Assembly: GCA_944321735.1 (NCBI GenBank)
Contig: CALUMK010000007.1
Coordinates: forward strand, 17,864-81,863
DNA length: 64,000 nt
Reading direction: 5' to 3'
DNA from: an uncultured Bacteroidales bacterium
GTDB lineage: Bacteria; Bacteroidota; Bacteroidia; Bacteroidales; P3
Made by a program: the position numbers and the translations under genes. The number at the start of each line of letters is the position of its first letter. Position 1 is the stretch's first letter. Positions 1 to 9,662 of the stretch are shown here, in pieces. The notes below the pieces were generated by a model. It ran no database searches. It was not told the origin of the DNA and saw only the letters and a program-made list of their open reading frames with translations.

Positions 1-1743
1 GTATTCGTGGATAGCATTTATCAGGATTTTAGCCGGTATCCGGTAGAAGATACGGTCGGATGGTATTTTTATTCCTTTGATGTGGATACCCGGGATGTGT
101 CGCAAGGATTCTTTTTCTTGGAAGGAATAGGCGGCGCGGATTGGAGTTATACCCGGACTTACATCGACAACCTTTCCATTACCGGTATTTCCGCTCATGA
201 TTTGGCTTTGATCGACATCCTGCCCACTGACAGCGCGCGGATTTGGGGGCATCAGCAGGCACCTCAGGACGTAGTGGCGGTGATTTGCAATGTGGGTGAA
301 GATACAATGACTTCAGCCACATTAAAATGGAGCGTGGATGGCCAAGCTCAGGCTGATGTGGCCTGGACAGGGAAGCTTCCGGCTGGAGACACCACCCAAG
401 TGCTGCTAGCCGAGGACTTCTTGTTTGGAACCGGCTTGTACCATACGGTTCATGCCGAAATTGTCGCCCCGTATGATACGGCTAATACGGCCAATAATGC
501 TTTTGAAGTGAGCATAGATGTGCCTCAAGCGCTTCTGGTCCCTTATACGAATGGATTTGAAGCCGATACTTCTTTGGATTACTGGCTGGCATTGGATAAG
601 GACGGGGATGGCTTCAACTGGGAAAGGGAAACTTCGCTAAGGCATGGAGGGACGTATAGCATGGCCTCGTATTCCTTTGATTTCTTGGAGGAAGGCGGTG
701 ATACCATTTTGATGCCCGATAACTGGTTGGTCAGCCCGGCTATTTATGTATCGGAAGATACGTTGTTGGTATCGTTCTTTGTAGGAGCCGGCGCGCCGGA
801 TACCTATGAAGAAACTTACGAAGTCCTGCTTTCGGCTAAGGGAACTGATACTTCCGATTTTGTGCCCCTGCACAAAGAGACCTTGACGAGCGATGATTAC
901 AAAGAGGTGAATTTGAAGATAGCCGGTTACAAGGATTCATTGGTTTTCCTGGCTTTCCGGCATTATGAAAGCACCAATAATTATTTCCTGACTATCGACG
1001 ACCTCAGCTTGTCTTATCCGGAAAAGCCGGAACCGCTCAGGTATACCGTTTCGGTGAGTGCCGATCCTGTCGATGGCGGGACGGTTGCCGGTGGAGGCGA
1101 GTTTGAAGCTGGAACGCAAGTAACCGTTGAAGCTACGGCTAACGAAGGCTATTCTTTTACAAATTGGACAAAAGATGGCGAGATTGTGGATGGTGCGGAA
1201 TCTTCCTATACTTTCCAATTGGATGAAGATATGGCTTTGGTGGCTCATTTTGAACTTGTTCCGCCGATAGATGATACAACTTGGTATATCATTGAGGTGT
1301 CTGTAGAGGGGCAAGGTTCGATAACACCGGATGGCACAATCCGGGTCATGGAAGGAGCGGACCAGACATTTTCAATCTCGGCTGCGGATGGCTGGCTCAT
1401 CAGTGATGTCTTGGTAGATGATGCCAGTGCGGGTGTGGTGGAAACTTATACTTTTGAAAATGTGTCGGAAAACCATACGATTCATGCCATTTTTGTACCG
1501 GAAACAGCCAATGAAACAGGCATGGGCATCGAAGTGGAAGTTTATCCGAATCCTACCACGGGCAAGGTATTTGTCCTCACGGGCAAGAAGTCAGCCATGC
1601 TTCGCTTGTTCAATCATAGCGGAACGCTGTTATGGTCCGGCGAAGTGGTTGCCTCACCTACGGTATTGAATTTGGAATCTTATCCGGCGGGTTTGTATAT
1701 CCTGGATATAGATGGATATAAGGCAAAGATTTTAAAGAAGTAA
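1..1743 (+). CDS. Secreted cell-surface protein with a choice-of-anchor-J/MAM-like region, Ig-like repeats and a T9SS C-terminal sorting domain; 5' end cut by the window edge
   Basis: The frame is open from base 1; track ORF 7..1743 starts at an internal GTG. The motif WLALDKDGDGFNWERE resembles the D.DGDG..W signature of choice-of-anchor J surface domains. The last ~75 aa (VEVYPNPTTGKVFV...GLYILDIDGYKAKILKK) fit the Por/T9SS C-terminal domain pattern. Confidence 0.7.
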   Translation, partial: VFVDSIYQDFSRYPVEDTVGWYFYSFDVDTRDVSQGFFFLEGIGGADWSYTRTYIDNLSITGISAHDLALIDILPTDSARIWGHQQAPQDVVAVICNVGEDTMTSATLKWSVDGQAQADVAWTGKLPAGDTTQVLLAEDFLFGTGLYHTVHAEIVAPYDTANTANNAFEVSIDVPQALLVPYTNGFEADTSLDYWLALDKDGDGFNWERETSLRHGGTYSMASYSFDFLEEGGDTILMPDNWLVSPAIYVSEDTLLVSFFVGAGAPDTYEETYEVLLSAKGTDTSDFVPLHKETLTSDDYKEVNLKIAGYKDSLVFLAFRHYESTNNYFLTIDDLSLSYPEKPEPLRYTVSVSADPVDGGTVAGGGEFEAGTQVTVEATANEGYSFTNWTKDGEIVDGAESSYTFQLDEDMALVAHFELVPPIDDTTWYIIEVSVEGQGSITPDGTIRVMEGADQTFSISAADGWLISDVLVDDASAGVVETYTFENVSENHTIHAIFVPETANETGMGIEVEVYPNPTTGKVFVLTGKKSAMLRLFNHSGTLLWSGEVVASPTVLNLESYPAGLYILDIDGYKAKILKK

Positions 1744-1883
1744 TACAGGAGGTTCCTGGTTGCTTCCGAAAAAGAAAGGTCCGGTTTGGGTTGACACGAG
1801 AGGGTGCGCCTGCCGGACCTTTTTCGATGGGCATGATTCCATCAGCTAGTGGAAAATTCGGGTTTGGTTTGCGGAAACCTTTT

Positions 1884-3656
1884 TCAGGAAACTTGCCTGT
1901 CTTTTTGTTTGGAAAGTTTCTGGTACATGGAGGGTTTGATGCCGGTGTGCTTGGTAAAGACGGCAATAAAATTGGCTTGGGATTTGTATCCTACGCTTTC
2001 AGCGATGGCTTGTATCGTGAAATGCCCGTAGCTGTCCATGTCGCTCAGGCGGCGCATGGCTTCCTTGATTCTGTACTCGTTCAGGAAACTCCGGAAGTTC
2101 TTGTTGTATTCTTCATTGATAGTCTGGGATACGTAACGGCTGTTGGAATTGACTAAGGTGGCTAATTTTTCCACGCTGAAATCGCTGTTGCAGAATTCCA
2201 AAGTATCGTCCATGATATGCTGGATATCCGACAGTAATTTCTCCCTTTGTACCGGATAGGGATAGCTGTAGGGTATCGGAGGTGCCATGTCGGCATTTTT
2301 TTTCTTGCTGGATGAGATGCGGCTGGCAAAATCCCATTCTTTCTTCAACTCAGACTCCAAGGCGGCGATGCGTTTCTTGTAGAATCCTTCGCTTTGCAGT
2401 TGCTCCTGGCTTCGGTTAAAGAGATTCCGGTAAGCTACGGCCAAAGTCTGTTTCTGCCGGTAAATTACGATAAGCAAGACAATGAATATGATTGCTATTA
2501 TTGTGATAGTCAATAGCCAACGCTGTTGGATTTCTATTTGGGCCGCTTTCTGCCGGGTTTCTTCGTTCAATTGCTGGATGGTGGCTTTGGTTCGGTTCAT
2601 TTCCGACAAGAACTGGGCATTTTTTAGGTTATTGAAATTCCGTTGGTTGAAAACAGAGTCTGACAAGTCGATGAAACGCAGTTTGTAATCCATAGCTTTT
2701 TGGATGTCGTTTTTCTGCTTGTAGATTCGGCTCAGGTCCTTGTATGTGCTGACCAGCATGTCGAATTGCTGCGCTTTGGAAGCGATTTTCTCATTTTCTT
2801 TAGAGTAATGGAGGGCTGCATCTAAATTGCCTTGGATTTCATTCAAGCGAGATAGGCCGGATAAGACGGAGCCTTTATGTCGTGCTTCAAGTTGGCAGGT
2901 ATCCATGTAGGCAACCAAATCTTTATATGTTTTGATGGCGGCATCTATGTCGCCTTCGCATTCTTGAATCAAACCGAGATTCATCAATACACTGTAGTGG
3001 TATAGGGAAGTCTCTTCCCTCTCTTGAATAGATTGTTCGTAATAGCGTTTTGCACTGTCAATTTCGTTTAGAAAACAGAATGCTCCAGCCAGATTATACC
3101 GGATTTTGTTTCGTAGGGCGATATTATCGGTCTTTTCTGCTAATGCAAGAGCCTGCTTATAATAGTTTGATCCAAGTGTGAAATCGCCAAAAGAACAGTA
3201 GATATTCCCGATGTTCTTATACAATTCGGCTTGCAAATCCTGTATCAAGCTGTCATTCTCTTTCAACTGCTTGTTGTGTTTCTCGGAGATTGATATGCTT
3301 TCCATACGGTCAATAATGCGCAAGCCTTTCAAATAGGATTCCATGGCTTGGGAATAGAGTCCTTTTTGATAATAAATGTTGCCGGAATTCCCAAAACCGG
3401 AAGCGTACACGTATTCGTAAGAGGGATTTGGGCTGGTTTCACACCGGTTCGCTAATACCTCGTAGTAGAACAAGGCGTTTTCCCATTGATTGGTGTGATA
3501 CAGGCTGTCTGCAATCTGGGATAATATCGGTTCCGGCAGAGTAAGAGCGGCTTTATAGGATTCCAGACTATCGGGTTTCGGATATAGGTTTTGTCCTTTT
3601 ACGCTTATTGTGCAGAAGAGGATAAGCCACAGAGAGATTAACCAGTTTCTTTTCAT
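1884..3656 (-). CDS. Membrane-anchored TPR-repeat sensor fused to an AraC-family HTH domain (one-component transmembrane regulator)
   Basis: N-terminal signal/anchor MKRNWLISLWLILFCTISVKG is followed by ~370 aa of TPR-like helical repeats. An internal TM helix (WLLTITIIAIIFIVLLIVIY) precedes a C-terminal AraC-type HTH (SRYVSQTINEEYNKNFRSFLNEYRIKEAMRRL...GYKSQANFIAVFTKHTGIKPSMY). It has the same architecture as 37223..39007. Confidence 0.75.
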   Translation of the reverse strand: MKRNWLISLWLILFCTISVKGQNLYPKPDSLESYKAALTLPEPILSQIADSLYHTNQWENALFYYEVLANRCETSPNPSYEYVYASGFGNSGNIYYQKGLYSQAMESYLKGLRIIDRMESISISEKHNKQLKENDSLIQDLQAELYKNIGNIYCSFGDFTLGSNYYKQALALAEKTDNIALRNKIRYNLAGAFCFLNEIDSAKRYYEQSIQEREETSLYHYSVLMNLGLIQECEGDIDAAIKTYKDLVAYMDTCQLEARHKGSVLSGLSRLNEIQGNLDAALHYSKENEKIASKAQQFDMLVSTYKDLSRIYKQKNDIQKAMDYKLRFIDLSDSVFNQRNFNNLKNAQFLSEMNRTKATIQQLNEETRQKAAQIEIQQRWLLTITIIAIIFIVLLIVIYRQKQTLAVAYRNLFNRSQEQLQSEGFYKKRIAALESELKKEWDFASRISSSKKKNADMAPPIPYSYPYPVQREKLLSDIQHIMDDTLEFCNSDFSVEKLATLVNSNSRYVSQTINEEYNKNFRSFLNEYRIKEAMRRLSDMDSYGHFTIQAIAESVGYKSQANFIAVFTKHTGIKPSMYQKLSKQKDRQVS

Positions 3657-3982
3657 TGCTCCATGTATTGGCAGACAGCGAATGTACGCATTTTTTTAGT
3701 AGGTTGTTATTTGGTTTTTGGCGGGTAATCCCGTCGGAAATGCAGACCAATTGCATGGGGATAGGGTAGCCCTAGTGGCGTGAAACCCGAGAGCTTTTTG
3801 TCTAACCCCCATGGCACCCAAATGAAGGATGAAAATCTTTGCGCTCGGCTTTCGCTATATTTTTTTCGTATCTTCGCTTATTAATGGGTTGCTGCGAGTT
3901 GCGCGGGGGAGTATCCTCGTTGTGAAAAATCGCCTCGCTTGCATCTTCAGGATTCGCTTTTATGCAAATTTGCAAGGCTATG

Positions 3983-5569
3983 ATGAAGTTTCCGGTAGGA
4001 ATGCAGACCTTTCAGCAGATCAGAGATGAAGGTTGTGTTTACATTGACAAGACAGCGATGATTTACCGTTTGGTCAAGACAGGAAAGGTCTATTTCCTGA
4101 GCCGGCCGAGACGTTTTGGGAAAAGTTTGTTGGTAAGCACGCTGAAGAGCTATTTCGAGGGACGGAAGGATCTTTTCGAAGGCTTGGCCATCGAGCAATT
4201 GGAGAAAGACTGGTTCGCGTATCCGGTATTCCATCTGGATTTCAATGCCGAGGATTTCAAGGTGGCCGGGGTATTGGAGCAGAGGCTGGAAGCCAACGTG
4301 TCAGAATGGGAGATGCTTTATGGGAAGAGCAGCATCTCCGAGACAATAGGGGGACGTTTTGCCCATGTTCTGCGTCAGGCGCACCAGAAGTGTGGCAGGC
4401 GTTGCGTGGTCTTGGTGGATGAGTACGACAAGCCTTTATTGGATGTGATGGATACGGATTTGAAGACAAGGCTGAATGGAGAAGAATGCCTGTTGGAAGA
4501 TCGTAACCGGGATATATTGAAAGCTTTCTATTCGGTATTCAAACTGGCGGATGCCGACTTGCAGTTCGTGTTGCTGACGGGAGTGACGAAGTTTTCGCAA
4601 ATCAGCGTGTTCAGCGGATTTAACCAGCCGGACGATATTAGCATGATAGCCGAATACGACAGCTTGTGCGGAATCACGCAAGAAGAAATGGAGGCTTATT
4701 TTGCCGAGCCGATAGCGGAGATGGCCGCCAAGTACGAGGTGGGTACGGAAGAAATGCTACAGCGGCTGAAAGATATGTATGATGGATACCATTTCAGCGA
4801 GGGCATGACTGATATTTACAACCCTTATAGCCTGTTGAGCGCGTTCAAACACAAAGTGTTGAAGGATTTTTGGTTCAGGACAGGGAATCCGTCATATTTG
4901 GTACGTTTGCTGGCCCATAGTCGGGAGAATCTGAATGAATTGACAGGGAAATATTATTTTCCTGATGAATTTGTTGATTACAAGGCAAATGTGGAGAGGC
5001 CACTTCCGATGATTTACCAAAGCGGTTATCTGACAATCAAGGGTTATGATGATGAGTTTCAGCAGTTTCTTTTGGATTTTCCTAATAAGGAGGTCATGAG
5101 AGGCTTTGTGTCTTTGGTAGCTACTGATTATTTCAAGGCTACGGAAAGCGTAGAGAGTTGGATTGTAAACATCGTTAGATCCATGCGCCAAGGGGAGCCT
5201 GATGTTGTGCGGAATCTTTTTACATCGTTCTTTGCCAGTATTCCCTACACGGCGCATCGCAAGAAAAGCGACCCAGAACGGGAAAATTATTTCACCTATA
5301 CCTTCTATCTGATATTCAAAATGGTGAGTGCCTATGCGGTGTATATCGAGAAAGAGCAAAGCCAAGGTCGTTCGGATTGTATCGTGGAAACCCCGCAGTA
5401 CGTCTATATTTTCGAGTTCAAATTGGATGGCAGTGCAGATGCTGCCTTGCAGCAGATAGAGGATAAAGGCTATGCTCGGCCTTATCTGTCAGATTCCCGG
5501 AAATTGTTCAAAATCGGGGCCTCGTTTTCGTCCAAGACAGGCACGATAGAAGAGTGGAAAGTCGGTTAG
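3983..5569 (+). CDS. AAA-ATPase-like + PD-(D/E)XK nuclease family protein (PF09820/PF08011-type architecture); divergent fifth paralog of the 14.5-22.2 kb array
   Basis: Track ORF 3962..5569. Array copies begin MLYPIGIQ, so the start is probably ATG 3980 or 3983 (MKFPVGMQTF). It shares FLSRPRRFGKSLLVSTL (Walker A-like), VVLVDEYDKPLLD (Walker B-like), YDGYHF, YNPYSLL, FWF.TGNPSYLV, YQSGYLTIK and a C-terminal D...E.K nuclease-like core (GRSDCIVETPQYVYIFEFKLD) with the array genes. Confidence 0.75.
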   Translation: MKFPVGMQTFQQIRDEGCVYIDKTAMIYRLVKTGKVYFLSRPRRFGKSLLVSTLKSYFEGRKDLFEGLAIEQLEKDWFAYPVFHLDFNAEDFKVAGVLEQRLEANVSEWEMLYGKSSISETIGGRFAHVLRQAHQKCGRRCVVLVDEYDKPLLDVMDTDLKTRLNGEECLLEDRNRDILKAFYSVFKLADADLQFVLLTGVTKFSQISVFSGFNQPDDISMIAEYDSLCGITQEEMEAYFAEPIAEMAAKYEVGTEEMLQRLKDMYDGYHFSEGMTDIYNPYSLLSAFKHKVLKDFWFRTGNPSYLVRLLAHSRENLNELTGKYYFPDEFVDYKANVERPLPMIYQSGYLTIKGYDDEFQQFLLDFPNKEVMRGFVSLVATDYFKATESVESWIVNIVRSMRQGEPDVVRNLFTSFFASIPYTAHRKKSDPERENYFTYTFYLIFKMVSAYAVYIEKEQSQGRSDCIVETPQYVYIFEFKLDGSADAALQQIEDKGYARPYLSDSRKLFKIGASFSSKTGTIEEWKVG

Positions 5570-5758
5570 TTCAGGCTTGATAGATATTCCATGGAAGGAT
5601 GTCGTCTTCTTCCATGTCTTCATATGGATGATCGGTTATCAATAACAGGTTCTGGCAATTCGTTTTACGACCTGCCAGAATCAATCTTGCTATTTCGTCT
5701 GCAAAGGCACTTCAAAACGCGATATTTTACCATTTTCACTTTTCCTGTAACTTTTCGA

Positions 5759-5766
5759 TACCTTTG
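5759..5766 (+). promoter_or_regulatory. Candidate Bacteroidota -7 promoter box TACCTTTG, ~215 nt upstream of the ECF sigma gene
   Basis: Exact match to TAnnTTTG. It is the only such box in the 5570-5980 intergenic region. The implied leader is long and hairpin-rich (GGGATT..AATCCC, CCCAAA..TTTGGG). Confidence 0.3.
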
Positions 5767-5980
5767 GTCGTCATTAAAACAGAGGCGTGGCAGGGACTGG
5801 ACGAACGGCCAAGAGCAAGGCAGGCGGCTACGATGGCAAGATTTCGGTCCTTTGCTCAGGAAGGCCGGGATTCCGCCGGGCAAACAAAAGCTGGGTCCGG
5901 GCCAACAGAATCCGGATTAATCCCAAAGCCTAATAACCGATTTGGGTTAAAGACAGGAAGCTGCGAGAAACCAAAAGCGT

Positions 5981-6484
5981 ATGGACAAGGAAGAGTACGA
6001 GGAAACCGTCAGGAACGTGGCCGATGCGCTTTACCGTTTCGCGTACCGGCTCTGCAAGGATCAGGATGAAGCCAAGGACTTTGTTCAGGAGAGTTTCATG
6101 CGCCTTTGGGCTCATCGGAGCGAAGTCGGCATTCCCAAGGCCTTCCTGTTCCAGACCGCCTACCGCCAGTTCCTGGACTCCCGCAAGCACGAGAAAGTGC
6201 GTCAGGACTATGCCGGTTTCGCCCTCTACAAGACCAAGGAAAGGGAGAGGACGCAGCCGCTTTTTCCGGAGAGGGGAGAACTCAAGGAGATGCTGGATCG
6301 AGCCTTGGACACCTTGCCACCCGTGCAGAAGGCCGTAGTCCTGCTGCGCGATTACGAAGGCTACAGCTACGAGGAGATAGGAGAGATAAGCGGTTTGAGC
6401 GAAGCCCAGGTCAAGACCTATATTTTCCGCGCTCGTGTGGCTTTGCGCAAGTACATAGGTGAATTTGGTAAAGCTTTGGGATGA
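5981..6484 (+). CDS. ECF-type RNA polymerase sigma-70 family factor
   Basis: 167 aa. Region-2-like DEAKDFVQESFMRLW and region-4 HTH YEGYSYEEIGEISGLSEAQVKTYIFRARVALRK. Confidence 0.85.
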   Translation: MDKEEYEETVRNVADALYRFAYRLCKDQDEAKDFVQESFMRLWAHRSEVGIPKAFLFQTAYRQFLDSRKHEKVRQDYAGFALYKTKERERTQPLFPERGELKEMLDRALDTLPPVQKAVVLLRDYEGYSYEEIGEISGLSEAQVKTYIFRARVALRKYIGEFGKALG

Positions 6485-6561
6485 AAGACTGACGGAAGAC
6501 AGTCTTAATCTTAAAGTAGAATTATAGATTACGCTTGCAAGAACAAAGGAAAAGCAAAACC

Positions 6562-7884
6562 ATGAAGATAAGCAAAGACAATTACGAACCCATTCTGCTG
6601 GACTACCTGGAAGGTCGTCTTTCCGACAAGGAACGGAAAGAAGTGGAGGCATTCTTGGCAGGCGAACCGGCTTTACGCCAAGAGTTCATGGCTTTGCAGC
6701 AAGCTTGGGGCGAGCAGGGTGAAGGCCTGCAGTTGGAGCCTTTGCCCGATGCCGGTTTCCCCGATAAGGAGGGTTTGCTGGCGATACCCGACAAGATGAA
6801 ATCCGCGTATTCTGCTCGAAACCAATCGGAAACGCGGGCAGGGGTAGCTGAATCGCGGAACTTGCAAGGGCAGCGGGAAACGGATGAACTCAATTCCGCT
6901 GACCGGCGAGTTTCCATGGCTGAACTTTATGAACGGCAAGACCGGAAACACGCTGTTTGGCAACGGAAAAACCGGGCGAATATCTGGAAAGTGGCTGTTT
7001 CGATGGCTGCCTGCCTGCTGCTTTTCTGGCTTTGCCTGCCCTTGCTGCAACGGGACGATATCCGGGATGCCCGATTGGCAGAACGCAATTCTGTTCTCGA
7101 TACATTGTCGGATATTGAACAAGAGGGTTTCAATCAGGCTGCAGATTCTTCCCCTTCCAATCCTGTTTCCTCTTTGTTGTTGGGTGAAAACTTGCCCGAA
7201 CCGCAGACCTCGGCATCGGCTTCGCAATCCACCCCGTCCAGACAAGAGGCTTCTGAAGATTCTGTTAAAACGCAGGCTATTCCGGCGCAGCCCCGGCCAA
7301 GACGGGTCGATACCTTGCCGGAAATCAAGCTTACACCGGCCGAATACCGCCGTCTTGTCACCCCGATGGCGCCACCCAAAGCGTATTATGCCGCCAATTT
7401 GATGGAAAGAGAGGCGCAAGAAGGCCAAAAAGACATTTCTCGGGAAGAAACAATGAATTCCAAGAATGAGGCTAAAGGAGGAAACGGGGTTTATTCATCG
7501 GAAACTAAACAAGACGATAGGATTGCATTGAACGAGGAGGATGTTTTCGGCGCAGATAATTCTTTGGCAGTGGAACTTGAACAAGAAGATTTGATAGCTT
7601 CAAACCAAGCCGAGTGGGTCGATGCGATGCTGTCGGCGGAACAGGCCGAACGCTTGGATAAAAAACAACGATTGAAGCGGTTCAAACAGATAGAACGCCA
7701 GCAACGCAAAACGAAAACCAAATTATTCTTTGCCAGCCTTTGGCATTCCGTTACCGGGCCGGTAACGGAAAACTGGGAGGAAACCAAGGCGTTTTACAAA
7801 GAGTTTACCGAATGGAAAAAGGCGAACGAGGAGGACTCGGTGGGGGTGTATCAGGCTTTTTGGGAGGAGGAAAGCCGTTTCTAA
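6562..7884 (+). CDS. Putative anti-sigma factor with an N-terminal anti-sigma-like helix bundle, one TM helix and a long low-complexity extracytoplasmic tail
   Basis: It lies directly downstream of the ECF sigma gene. The ATG at 6562 (MKISKDNYEPILLDYLEGRLSDKERKEVEAFLAGEPALRQEF) is typical of an anti-sigma N-terminus, whereas the track start 6535 is a TTG. The TM segment is IWKVAVSMAACLLLFWLCLPLL. The remaining ~270 aa are S/P/E/Q/K-rich. Confidence 0.6.
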   Translation: MKISKDNYEPILLDYLEGRLSDKERKEVEAFLAGEPALRQEFMALQQAWGEQGEGLQLEPLPDAGFPDKEGLLAIPDKMKSAYSARNQSETRAGVAESRNLQGQRETDELNSADRRVSMAELYERQDRKHAVWQRKNRANIWKVAVSMAACLLLFWLCLPLLQRDDIRDARLAERNSVLDTLSDIEQEGFNQAADSSPSNPVSSLLLGENLPEPQTSASASQSTPSRQEASEDSVKTQAIPAQPRPRRVDTLPEIKLTPAEYRRLVTPMAPPKAYYAANLMEREAQEGQKDISREETMNSKNEAKGGNGVYSSETKQDDRIALNEEDVFGADNSLAVELEQEDLIASNQAEWVDAMLSAEQAERLDKKQRLKRFKQIERQQRKTKTKLFFASLWHSVTGPVTENWEETKAFYKEFTEWKKANEEDSVGVYQAFWEEESRF

Positions 7885-7964
7885 CACACCGTCGGGGGAT
7901 GATTTCTCAAACTCCTATTTGGGGACACCCTCGTAATTTATAGGAATTTTAAAACAGGAAAGGT

Positions 7965-9533
7965 ATGAAGACGAAGCGTTTGATTCTTTTTCTCCTGATA
8001 GTAGGAGGATGCAGCGGGGCGAAAGCCCAGTACGAAGAGAACTTACCGGAATTCCGCAATCTGGAAATCACAGACAGGGCTGTTGTTAAGATAGAGTATT
8101 TGCGCGAAGACTCGGTACCAGGCAGGATTCGGATAGAAAACCGCCGGGGGATGCTTTCAAGCCCTTATACGTATTATGACGACAAGACAGCTACATTGGG
8201 TTTATGCGGCATGGAAGCGACATTGCTGTTGAATCCGGATTACAAGGGCTTGCAGAAAATCACGGTCGATAATTCATCCCGTTTGGAAACCAATGTAGCC
8301 GAGCCGCTTTCGGTTCCGAATCTGAATATTCGGCTATCGAACAATGCCATCGCCAAGCTGTATTATCGGGCGGAACATTTGACGGTGACAGCCGTCCAAT
8401 CGGCTTCTTTCCAAGCTTACGGCAGCGGGCAAATCCTATCCCAGACACTGCGCTGCGATGGCGGGGCTTATGTCGCCAGCACCCATACGGACACGACCGA
8501 GACAATGACCTGCGTGGCGGCCGGGATGGGGATTATCGATGCCCGGGAAAGCCCGGCGAAGATTTCCTACGACACTTTGTATGGCAATGCTTCGGTTACG
8601 GTTAATGCGCTGGAAACCAAGGATGTGATTAAAGGGAATGCCTTGCTTTTCAATGCTCGGGACGAGAATGGTCCCACGCAGGACTCCTTGCTTATGGCGA
8701 GCCGGTCTTATAACAGGGAAATCGATGAAAACCGTGGCGAACCTGTGCCTATCTCGGCTTTGGTGAAAGGCGATGCCGACGAGGACGATGTGCTGGACTA
8801 TTACGATGTGTTAATGGATGATTGGGATCAAGGGAAGGCGGTTTATTTTGAGGATGTTTTCTTTTGGGGAAAACGGCAAAAAGAAAGGCCCCGTTTCAGA
8901 GGGCAATGGATGGGGCTGGAATTCGGTTTCGCCTGCTGGGGCAGCAATTATGCCATGAGCATGCAGATGCCAACCGATTATCAGAATCTGGATTTGGATT
9001 TCCAGAAATCAGGATCCATCGGCTGGAATGTGTTCCAGGTGAGCGTCGGTTTCAACTCGCCGCATTGGGGCTTTCTGACCGGAGCCGGTTTCTTATGGGA
9101 AAACTATTTTTTCAGCTACCCGAACACGATTTTGTCCAAGAAGGACCATAGGCTTGCCGCAGAACTGGACTTGGATCCGAACCGGCGTTACAGCAAGAGC
9201 AAACTGGGTGTTTCCTATTTTCGGATTCCATTGCTGTTTGAATATACCAATGCCAAGGGGATGTTTCGTAGCGTGCATGTCTCGGCCGGTGTGATTCCTT
9301 CGGTATTGATGTGTTCTTGGACCAAAGCGGTTTATAAGGAGGATGGCGAACGGATGCACGACAAGCACAAAGGGGATTTCTATGTCAATCCTTTTCGTCT
9401 GGATGCCGTGGTTTACGCTGGATGGGGGCCGTTAAGTCTTTATTTCCGCTATACGCCTACGCATTTCTTCCGGGCGGGGAAGGCCACGGATATCACACCT
9501 TTCGGTTTTGGCTTCCTGCTCGGTTTCCATTGA
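7965..9533 (+). CDS. Secreted protein with an N-terminal GIN/DUF2807-like beta-solenoid region fused to a C-terminal outer-membrane beta-barrel-like domain
   Basis: Signal peptide MKTKRLILFLLIVGGCSGAKAQ. The N-terminal half has repeats of the type found in the neighbouring DUF2807 gene. The C-terminal ~200 aa show an alternating aromatic/hydrophobic beta-strand pattern ending in ...ITPFGFGFLLGFH, typical of OM beta-barrels. The domain assignment is by eye only. Confidence 0.5.
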   Translation: MKTKRLILFLLIVGGCSGAKAQYEENLPEFRNLEITDRAVVKIEYLREDSVPGRIRIENRRGMLSSPYTYYDDKTATLGLCGMEATLLLNPDYKGLQKITVDNSSRLETNVAEPLSVPNLNIRLSNNAIAKLYYRAEHLTVTAVQSASFQAYGSGQILSQTLRCDGGAYVASTHTDTTETMTCVAAGMGIIDARESPAKISYDTLYGNASVTVNALETKDVIKGNALLFNARDENGPTQDSLLMASRSYNREIDENRGEPVPISALVKGDADEDDVLDYYDVLMDDWDQGKAVYFEDVFFWGKRQKERPRFRGQWMGLEFGFACWGSNYAMSMQMPTDYQNLDLDFQKSGSIGWNVFQVSVGFNSPHWGFLTGAGFLWENYFFSYPNTILSKKDHRLAAELDLDPNRRYSKSKLGVSYFRIPLLFEYTNAKGMFRSVHVSAGVIPSVLMCSWTKAVYKEDGERMHDKHKGDFYVNPFRLDAVVYAGWGPLSLYFRYTPTHFFRAGKATDITPFGFGFLLGFH

Positions 9534-9662
9534 TTGGATACTTGCCTTGCGATGATCGGCTTGCCTCGTGCAAGGCGCAACGCGGGTTGCGAGCTTAAGC
9601 GGACATGAATGGCAATAATTTATAGTAAAGGGATTGAAAAGATATTATAAATACAGGACAAA